This document shows positions 16,310-22,449 of a stretch of DNA of 32,000 bases, piece after piece. The stretch lies in NCBI GenBank assembly GCA_016871995.1, contig VHBL01000003.1:90001-122000 (forward strand), written 5' to 3'. The translations under genes and the position numbers were made by a program. Numbering within the stretch: the stretch's first letter is position 1; each line of letters begins with the position of its first letter. The notes beneath the pieces are model-generated. The model searched no databases. It was given only the letters and a program-made list of their open reading frames with translations, and was not told the DNA's origin. This DNA comes from Nitrososphaerota archaeon. Lineage in GTDB: Archaea; Thermoproteota; Nitrososphaeria; Nitrososphaerales; UBA57.

Positions 16310-17671
16310 TTACGATCTAACCGTTGGTATTACGGTCACGGTAATTACCGAGCCAGCTCTTAGCACTCCTAATTCGATAGCCTGCCCCGGTGATACGTTT
16401 TCCTCCATGTAGATCGACCACTCTTCGAGTGACCTTATCTGCCTCCCGTTGACTGAAACTATGATGTCATTTGCCTGATACCCCTGACCATTAGGTGTGC
16501 TGATCCTTTGAGCCGGTATTAGCCCTGCTTTCTCTGCTGGGCTGCCAGACACGACACTGACTATCATTATTCCTCTTGTCGATGAATCAACATTAACTAC
16601 GTTTGACGTCCTTATGCTGTCGGCAGTAAGTGTCAAGCTGGTATAGCCTACGAAGGGGTGCTCATACTTTCCTGTCTTGATTATCGAGTCTGCGACTCTT
16701 TTGGCTATGTTCGACGGGATTGCGAAGTTTATCCCTCCAGACGTTCCTGCATTGGTTATACCGACGACTTTTCCCTGCAGGTCGAGCAGAGGCCCTCCAG
16801 AGTTGCCATTAGTTATCAGCACGTCGAGCTGTATTACAGGAACTACCAGTGGCACGTTCTGGACAGGACCTATCAGTCTTCCAAGCTGGCTTACTACTCC
16901 AGTTGAAAGGCTTGCAGTCAAGCCCAGAGGGTTTCCTACGGCAACTACCTGCTGTCCGATTTTGAGCAAACTCGAATCGGCTATTTCAAGAGGCTTGGCC
17001 TGCTCTGGAAGATTTGTAACCATCAATACAGCAATATCTGCGAACCTGTCCTGACCAGCTATAGTTGCAGTGCTGCTTGTCCCATCAAAGAATTCTACTG
17101 TCAGACTTCTTGCTCCCTGCACTACATGATTGTTAGTCACTATGTATCCTGCTGAATATACGAAGCCCGAGCCCAGAGACGAACCCTGTGCGGTCTGCGA
17201 CCTTACTACGACAACAGCAGACCGTGCCTTCTGGTACACTTCCTCGGGGGTTCCTTTTACTTGCGTGCTTACATTGATTTCTGCTAGGCGCACATCCAAG
17301 CCCTTCGTAATAGCCTGCACGGAAGAGTTGACGACACCGACCTTTGCCGAGAGCCCCTCTATGATACTCTGCTGCTGCATCAACCTGTCAGTAAGGGAAG
17401 TGAGCTGGACCTTCAGATCATTCAACTGCTGTTCAGCAACGACATTTCGAGAATCGGCACCTTTGAGTGATGCAATCTCTTGATTCAGGGAATCTATTTT
17501 TCTGGAAGTTTCCAAAATGAGCTGCTTTGTTGCAGAGACTTCCTGCATCGCGGCCCTCAGCTGGTCGTTTCCGTACTGCTGTCCATTATAACCCATGTAT
17601 ATGCTGGAGGATGCCAGAATCATTGCTATCAGGGAAACTGATATCATCAGGAGAATATTCTTGCTAGGCAT
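16310..17671 (-). CDS. HtrA/DegP-like S1C serine protease with N-terminal TM anchor, coiled coil and C-terminal PDZ domain
   Basis: 453 aa. The catalytic triad contexts are TNNHVV (His), DIAVL (Asp) and GNSGGPLL (Ser). A PDZ-like C-terminus (GIMIVSVVSGSPAEKAGL...NDIIVSVNG) is present. The N-terminus has a TM helix followed by heptad-rich sequence. Confidence 0.85.
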   Translation of the reverse strand: MPSKNILLMISVSLIAMILASSSIYMGYNGQQYGNDQLRAAMQEVSATKQLILETSRKIDSLNQEIASLKGADSRNVVAEQQLNDLKVQLTSLTDRLMQQQSIIEGLSAKVGVVNSSVQAITKGLDVRLAEINVSTQVKGTPEEVYQKARSAVVVVRSQTAQGSSLGSGFVYSAGYIVTNNHVVQGARSLTVEFFDGTSSTATIAGQDRFADIAVLMVTNLPEQAKPLEIADSSLLKIGQQVVAVGNPLGLTASLSTGVVSQLGRLIGPVQNVPLVVPVIQLDVLITNGNSGGPLLDLQGKVVGITNAGTSGGINFAIPSNIAKRVADSIIKTGKYEHPFVGYTSLTLTADSIRTSNVVNVDSSTRGIMIVSVVSGSPAEKAGLIPAQRISTPNGQGYQANDIIVSVNGRQIRSLEEWSIYMEENVSPGQAIELGVLRAGSVITVTVIPTVRS

Positions 17672-17700
17672 AGCCAGAGCGTAAATTGCTCAGGGTATAA

Positions 17701-17724
17701 GGAACACTTAGGAACAGTTGTTCC
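17701..17724. promoter_or_regulatory. GGAACA repeat/inverted-repeat element in the divergent htrA/DUF2182 intergenic region
   Basis: GGAACA-ctta-GGAACA-gt-TGTTCC. This is a direct repeat plus a 6-bp inverted repeat, lying between start codons 17671 (-) and 17787 (+). Confidence 0.35.
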
Positions 17725-17786
17725 GATCTAGAAATCCCACTTTTGATGTTTTGAATCCTGAATGAGTTTAAGTATTTGGTTCTAGT

Positions 17787-18494
17787 TTGGAAGTTGGCTT
17801 GGCAGCCGCCTTTAAGGAGTTCAAACTTGAAACCGTCCTTGTAGGAGGGTCGTTGATAGGTATCTCAGCTATTTCATGGTTCCTTTCGACCTATCCCATG
17901 GAGGCTGGCATGATGATGAGCCAAATGTTCGACCTGAACGCTACCTTGATACTTCTCTTTTCTCTGAGCTGGACACTCGGCATGATAGCGATGATGTTTC
18001 CAGTTATAGTTCCTATCACGCTGGCATTGTTCAGAGCAGCCAAAAATGCCGACCAATCTATAAAGGAAGGCGGAGGCCCGACGATACCAAAAGCCCTTAC
18101 ATTCGCATTTTCGTACGTATCGTTATGGATTGGATTCGGAATTGCGCTTTACATGCTGATAGGCGTTCTATTGTGGACTGGCAATGCTTTACAGCTTCAG
18201 AACCCATATCTTAGGTTCCTGCCAGCAGCAATTGTATTGGCCACTGGGATATACCAGTTCGTGCCATTCAAGGACACTTGCCTGAGCCGATGTCATCCTA
18301 CCACATTTCTGGTTCGCAATTACAGAGGGGGCATCACAGGCCCAGCAAGAATGGGGGTATCATACGGTCTCTTCTGCATTGGTATCAATAAACCTCTTTA
18401 TCAGCCAGGGACAAGCTATTCTGTCGACCTTTGCCCTTTCCCGTGTAACCCACTGCATTTTTGCTCAGACCTTAAGAAGAGAGCTAAATTATAA
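17787..18494 (+). CDS. DUF2182-like predicted metal-binding integral membrane protein, apparently degenerate at the 3' end
   Basis: It has multiple TM helices and the YQFVPFKDTCLSRCHPTTFL...GPARMGVSYGLFCIG block typical of DUF2182. The expected following GCCW...MN motif region is missing, and the tail is non-hydrophobic. It uses a TTG start. Confidence 0.5.
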   Translation: MEVGLAAAFKEFKLETVLVGGSLIGISAISWFLSTYPMEAGMMMSQMFDLNATLILLFSLSWTLGMIAMMFPVIVPITLALFRAAKNADQSIKEGGGPTIPKALTFAFSYVSLWIGFGIALYMLIGVLLWTGNALQLQNPYLRFLPAAIVLATGIYQFVPFKDTCLSRCHPTTFLVRNYRGGITGPARMGVSYGLFCIGINKPLYQPGTSYSVDLCPFPCNPLHFCSDLKKRAKL

Positions 18495-18564
18495 AAGGAG
18501 AACCTTTCTCAAAGCCTTAAAACCATCGTTCTAAGGCCTATTTCATGCCGGGGCAGTCAATACT

Positions 18565-18670
18565 GCCGGTAAGAGCATAACTCTTGGCAACGGTCGCCTA
18601 GCCTGGTAGGGCGCAGGCCTGCTAAGTCTGTGGCCGAAAGGCCTCGTGGGTTCAAATCCCACCCCCGGCG
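18565..18670 (+). tRNA. tRNA-Ser (anticodon GCU) with a 22-nt non-canonical intron after position 5
   Basis: Exon 1 is GCCGG (18565-18569) and exon 2 is 18592-18670. The spliced 84-nt product is GCCGGGG TC GCCT AGCCTGGTA GGGC G CAGGC CTGCTAA GTCTG TGGCCGAAAGGCCTC GTGGG TTCAAAT CCCAC CCCCGGC G. It has a 7-bp acceptor stem, U8, A14, G18G19, U33, anticodon GCT at 18621-18623 and a T-loop TTCAAAT. It also has a long variable arm (class II) and G73. Confidence 0.85.
18570..18591 (+). other. tRNA intron bounded by a bulge-helix-bulge (BHB) motif
   Basis: The outer pairs are A18562-T18594 and C18563-G18593. The central 4-bp helix is TGCC (18564-67) with GGCA (18586-89). The 3-nt bulges are GGT (18568-70) and ACG (18590-92). 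The inner helix is AAGAG/CTCTT (18571-75/18581-85) with loop CATAA. Confidence 0.7.
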
Positions 18671-18709
18671 TTTAACTGAAAGAGATATGAATTTCATTTT
18701 TCCTGCAGT

Positions 18710-19357
18710 ATGTGTTTGGAAAAACTAAAACTTGACGCTGTCGTCTTCGACCTTGACGGGACGCTGATAGATTCTTCAAAGGGCATCCACAGGTGCGTAA
18801 GGGAGGTCCTAGCAAGAAGGAGCTACAAGTCATTTGACGAAGAATTCCTCAGCAGGTCTATCGGCGTTCATCCCATCGATGCTATTTTTCAGAGAACGGT
18901 CAGGAAGAGCGAAGTAGATGGCTGTATAAGGGAGTTCAAGCAGAGGTATGGCAGGACACTTACGGAGGATGTCGTCCTGCTGGATGGCGCTAAAGAAACT
19001 CTTGATGCTTTGATGGAAGAGGGGTACAAAGTTGCAGTATATACACTGAAGATGAAGAACCATGCTTTGAAAGTGCTGAATCACTTTTCGATAAAAGTAC
19101 ATGACATACTTGCTGGGGAGCAGATCGGAGAGGACAAGTCTTCTGGAAGAGGCTTGAAGGAGCTTCTGGACGGCCTTGGCAGCAGGGCATCAAAAAGTGC
19201 CATTGTTGGAGACCAGTGGAGCGACATATCTGCAGGCAAGAAGGTCGGCATGACTACCATCGCCGTATTAGGAGGAATGGGGAGCTTTGAAGAATTGAAT
19301 AAGCTCGGGCCAGACTACCTTATCGGAAGCGTTTCTGATCTGACAAAGATACTTTAG
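18710..19357 (+). CDS. HAD-superfamily hydrolase (phosphoglycolate phosphatase-like, subfamily IA)
   Basis: 215 aa. Motif I is VVFDLDGTLIDS. Motif III/IV is the VGDQWSDISAGKKVGMTTIAV region. Confidence 0.8.
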   Translation: MCLEKLKLDAVVFDLDGTLIDSSKGIHRCVREVLARRSYKSFDEEFLSRSIGVHPIDAIFQRTVRKSEVDGCIREFKQRYGRTLTEDVVLLDGAKETLDALMEEGYKVAVYTLKMKNHALKVLNHFSIKVHDILAGEQIGEDKSSGRGLKELLDGLGSRASKSAIVGDQWSDISAGKKVGMTTIAVLGGMGSFEELNKLGPDYLIGSVSDLTKIL

Positions 19358-19369
19358 TTAGAAACTGTA

Positions 19370-19395
19370 TTTGCCAGATATGCAAAGAATTTTTT
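19370..19395 (+). terminator. short hairpin followed by oligo-T tract downstream of the HAD gene
   Basis: TTTGC-cagatat-GCAAA is followed by gaa and TTTTTT (19390-19395), with further T-tracts after (GTTTTCTATTT). Oligo-T is the usual archaeal intrinsic termination signal. Confidence 0.5.
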
Positions 19396-19432
19396 CTATC
19401 GTTTTCTATTTAAACTCAAATGCTCGATAGTG

Positions 19433-20554
19433 CTAAGCTTTTTCGCTTCCGTGCGAATGGATGTTCTTTATCGCTATTTTGTACACGTCTATTGCAGCAA
19501 GATATTCCGATATTTCGACGCACTCCTTGCTCGTGTGCGAAAGGTGGGGATTGCCCGGACCATAGGTAACTACAGGTATCTTCAGATTTGAGCCAAGGAT
19601 GTTCATGTCTCCAGTCCCTGTCTTCTTGACGAGCAACGGATGCTTCCCCGTAACGCTGAATATTGCTTTCATGAAGGATTTAACAAGGAGAGATGACTTG
19701 TTCGCTTCAAAGGGCTCAGTCATGTCCCCGACCTCTATCTTCAGTTTTGGAAATGCCACATCTGCTTGGAATTTTTCTAGAACGCTCTTTGCCTGCTGGT
19801 GCACCTGATCGCAGGTCAGTGTTGGAGGTATCCTTACATCTATCACCAATTCGCAGACTCCCGGCATGACATTGTCTGCAGAGCCTCCCTTGATCTTAGT
19901 CAAACATGCGCTTAGCGTCCCGTACCTGTTATTCTCTTGGCTGTCTTTGTTCAAGTAGCTGGATAATGCTGTCCATACTTCCAGTCCTTTCTCTATGGCG
20001 TTTTCAGACATCCAAGGCGCGCTGGCATGCACTGAAGGGGTATCGCAGACTATTCTTAATGAAAGTCTTCCCTTGTAACCTATTGTTATGTTTTCGACGC
20101 CGCTCGGCTCTCCAAATATCGCGTAATCTGCCTTTATCCCTCCCTTGATTAATTCCCTTATTCCCTGCGCGTCTCCCTCCTCGTCTGCAACCCCTGCAAC
20201 TATTATCTTTCCAAAGCCGTTTTCTTTTGCTAGGCTTGATGCGGCCATTACCATAGCTGCCAGAGATGATTTGGCATCTACTGCACCTCTCCCGCAGACC
20301 AGTTCTTTTGTAACCTTGACGGGCTGGGATCCCGGGACAGTATCCATATGTCCGCACAATAGTGTCGTTGGAGAGCCTTCCCCGACTTCTCCTATGACGT
20401 TGTTCACTGCATCAGTCCTTACGTTCTTGAAGTCGAGCTCGTTCGCCATCTTTTCTTTCAGGAATTGAGCCAGAGTTTCCTCTTTCTTTGAAGGTGAGTA
20501 TAGTCTGAGGATGTCTGCTAGAAGGCTTACTGCAAGGTCTCTTATCGAATCCAC
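19433..20554 (-). CDS. M20-family metallohydrolase, ArgE/LysK-like ([LysW]-lysine/ornithine hydrolase or acetylornithine deacetylase)
   Basis: 373 aa with a GTG start. M20 metal-binding contexts are LLCGHMDTVPG, GRGAVDAKS and VADEEGD. The size and layout fit the archaeal LysK/ArgE group. The substrate cannot be assigned from sequence alone. Confidence 0.75.
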   Translation of the reverse strand: MDSIRDLAVSLLADILRLYSPSKKEETLAQFLKEKMANELDFKNVRTDAVNNVIGEVGEGSPTTLLCGHMDTVPGSQPVKVTKELVCGRGAVDAKSSLAAMVMAASSLAKENGFGKIIVAGVADEEGDAQGIRELIKGGIKADYAIFGEPSGVENITIGYKGRLSLRIVCDTPSVHASAPWMSENAIEKGLEVWTALSSYLNKDSQENNRYGTLSACLTKIKGGSADNVMPGVCELVIDVRIPPTLTCDQVHQQAKSVLEKFQADVAFPKLKIEVGDMTEPFEANKSSLLVKSFMKAIFSVTGKHPLLVKKTGTGDMNILGSNLKIPVVTYGPGNPHLSHTSKECVEISEYLAAIDVYKIAIKNIHSHGSEKA

Positions 20555-20576
20555 TCTGGCAACCTCTGCTGATTCT

Positions 20577-20990
20577 TTAGCGCAGAGTTCTGAGGATTAT
20601 TAGAGTGTTTGTGTTTGCGACGCCCTCGATTCTTCTTACATCGTCTATGCAGGCATTGATCTCTGCTATGCTCGGGGCTGATAAAATGACTGCAATGTCG
20701 TACTGTCCCGTTATTTCGTAGACCGTGTCAACGCCCTTCATGCTTTTTAGTTGTTCAGTCATCTTTTGTGTAGGGATTTGAGGGTTCGTCGTTATTAGCG
20801 TAATAGCACTTGCACCCTGCTGCTCGCTGACCTCTACGGTGAATTTTGTAATCGTCTTCTTTTCTATCAGGTTCTGGACTCTTCTTCTAACTGCTGCTTC
20901 CGATAACCCTATGGTCTTTCCAATATCGACAAAAGAGGTTCTGGAGTCCTTCTTCAGAATCTCTATGATTTTTTGATCTAAATCGTCCAT
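20577..20990 (-). CDS. Lrp/AsnC-family transcriptional regulator
   Basis: 137 aa. The N-terminal HTH is LDQKIIEILKKDSRTSFVDIGKTIGLSEAAVRRRVQNLIEKKTI, and a C-terminal RAM-like domain follows. Confidence 0.85.
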   Translation of the reverse strand: MDDLDQKIIEILKKDSRTSFVDIGKTIGLSEAAVRRRVQNLIEKKTITKFTVEVSEQQGASAITLITTNPQIPTQKMTEQLKSMKGVDTVYEITGQYDIAVILSAPSIAEINACIDDVRRIEGVANTNTLIILRTLR

Positions 20991-21076
20991 CTGCTAGTGC
21001 TTTTGCTGTGGAGGTGAAAAAGATATTGCTATTATCAGTACTCTTTTATCCACGCTAAGGTCAATATGATTTTTGG

Positions 21077-21361
21077 ATGAAACGTAAAGAAATTGACGAA
21101 GATTTCTGGCAAGGTTATCAGGCATTAAGCAAAGCAGCCTATGCCAGAGGAGGTCAAGCACTTGAAGCGATTTCAATATTATTGTCAGGTTCTCTAATTG
21201 TTGCGACGTTGCCGTTATTGGTGGAAAGGAAGGATATTGTAGGCATGAAAACTGTTTTTGATATACCTTTTCTCAGCGCAGTTCTAGTAGTTGCTCTGAT
21301 CCCTGTTGTAATAGCAGCAATATTATATCGGACGACAGAAATTGTGAATACAGTTGCTTAG
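21077..21361 (+). CDS. small hypothetical 2-TM membrane protein
   Basis: 94 aa. It has a ~30 aa polar N-terminus and two hydrophobic helices (ISILLSGSLIVATLPLLV, FLSAVLVVALIPVVIAAILY). It lies in an AT-rich stretch, and I recognise no family. Confidence 0.45.
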   Translation: MKRKEIDEDFWQGYQALSKAAYARGGQALEAISILLSGSLIVATLPLLVERKDIVGMKTVFDIPFLSAVLVVALIPVVIAAILYRTTEIVNTVA

Positions 21362-21376
21362 AGCCGATTAAGAAAT

Positions 21377-21658
21377 ATGGAACCAAAAACGGGCAAGTTT
21401 TATGGTCATCATAATCTAAAAACAGATTTGAATAAATTTGCACCAAATTTTATGAAACTTAGGAAGTGGACTTGGCCTATATTTTTTGCAATTGTTAGTG
21501 GAGCTTATTGTGGTGGCATATTCACATTTGCCAAATTCCCAGCGCAAGTGAATGTTATCGTTGGCTCCACAGTCTTGGTTTTGGGACTATTATTGCAACT
21601 TCCGCCCTATTTGAGAGTTCGTGATATTAGTAATGATTTAGACAAACCAGAAATTTAG
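21377..21658 (+). CDS. small hypothetical 2-TM membrane protein (same size and topology as the upstream gene)
   Basis: 93 aa. It has a ~30 aa polar N-terminus and two hydrophobic helices (WPIFFAIVSGAYCGGIFTFA, VIVGSTVLVLGLLLQL). It starts 15 nt after the previous gene. Confidence 0.45.
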   Translation: MEPKTGKFYGHHNLKTDLNKFAPNFMKLRKWTWPIFFAIVSGAYCGGIFTFAKFPAQVNVIVGSTVLVLGLLLQLPPYLRVRDISNDLDKPEI

Positions 21659-21760
21659 TAGCTATAGATTATGACTGCGACACGATAAATTTAAACGCAT
21701 ATTTTATTTTGGAATCGAGTGCATAGAGTTTAACTATATCCAGTAACCATCCCAAACACA

Positions 21761-21937
21761 ATGTCAAAGAGCAGTCTTGAGAAAGAGCTCAAGCTCATAC
21801 GACAACGCTTGGAATCTATAGAAGAAGCTTTGGCAGAAGAAGCTACGGAAGAGGACAAAAAAGCATTCAAGCAGGCCATGAAGGAATACAAAGAAGGAAA
21901 GACGATACCCTTTAGGCCAAAGGCTCGCAAACCTTGA
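21761..21937 (+). CDS. RelB-like antitoxin (58 aa, below the ORF-track cutoff)
   Basis: The ATG at 21761 gives MSKSSLEKELKLIRQRLESIEEALAEEATEEDKKAFKQAMKEYKEGKTIPFRPKARKP. Its stop overlaps the relE TTG start (TTGA, 21934-21937). A TATA-like TTTAACTATAT box lies ~25 nt upstream. Confidence 0.6.
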   Translation: MSKSSLEKELKLIRQRLESIEEALAEEATEEDKKAFKQAMKEYKEGKTIPFRPKARKP

Positions 21938-22188
21938 AAGTCAGCTTATCGAGGAAGGCACAGCAATTTCTAGACCATTCTAACCCTCCCACAAGAAACA
22001 GACTCGAAGCAAAGATGGCAGAGCTTGTAAACACTCCCTATACATCGGGCTGCAAGAAAGTAAAGGGCTTACCAAATTCCTACAGGTTAAGGGTTGGAAC
22101 TTATCGCATACTCTATACGATTACCAAACCAGACCAGATAGTTATATTCAGAATTTCTCCAAGAGAATCAGCCTACGACTTACTCTAA
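21934..22188 (+). CDS. relE: RelE/ParE-family mRNA interferase toxin
   Basis: 84 aa. YRLRVGTYRILYTITKPDQIVIFRISPRESAY is the conserved RelE core pattern (YRLRVGDYRIIY...I.I..I.HR...Y). Confidence 0.8.
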   Translation: MKVSLSRKAQQFLDHSNPPTRNRLEAKMAELVNTPYTSGCKKVKGLPNSYRLRVGTYRILYTITKPDQIVIFRISPRESAYDLL

Positions 22189-22191
22189 AGA

Positions 22192-22448
22192 TCATTTCAA
22201 TCTTTTTCTGAGCTCTTCGACAGTCATCCTGACAGCTTTTCCTTCTTGGACTTCCTTTATAGCTTTTTCAAGGTTCTTTCTGAATCTGGATCAGACAACA
22301 TTTCAATAGTATCAGCAAGGTCGTCAAAATTTCCTTTGATTTTATTCCATTCGGAATACTCTTTCTTCCTGAACTGCCGCATGCCTTCTATATACGCTTC
22401 TATTTCTTCCGCTTCAGGTTCTACTTCCGTGACAACTGGCTTTTTCAA
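22192..22448 (-). pseudogene. second antitoxin-like small acidic protein, split by a 1-nt frameshift in an A5 run
   Basis: The 63-aa ORF (22257..22448) ends ...DPDSERTLKKL*. Adding one A to AAAAA (TTTTT at 22264-22268 on the plus strand) gives ...TLKKAIKEVQEGKAVRMTVEELRKRLK*, 85 aa ending at 22192. The restored tail AIKEVQEGKAV resembles AMKEYKEGKTI of the relB-like gene. Confidence 0.5.
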
Positions 22449-22449
22449 A

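Noticed and set aside
18546-18570. Duplicated TGCCGG (18546-18551 and 18564-18569) as att-site-like direct repeats of an element integrated at the tRNA
   Set aside because: The repeat is only 6-7 nt long and the copies are 18 nt apart. No integrase or foreign DNA lies between or beside them.
18554-18593. Alternative tRNA-Ser model using the upstream GCCGGGG (18547-18553) as the acceptor 5' strand, with a 40-nt intron at position 7/8
   Set aside because: It yields the same mature sequence, but I could not fold a bulge-helix-bulge motif around those splice points. The 22-nt model has a complete BHB with symmetric cut sites. The upstream copy is more simply explained as a leader hairpin partner.
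20994-21176. 60-aa minus-strand ORF between lrp and the first small membrane gene
   Set aside because: It overlaps the better-supported plus-strand gene start and the promoter region, and it has no recognisable features.
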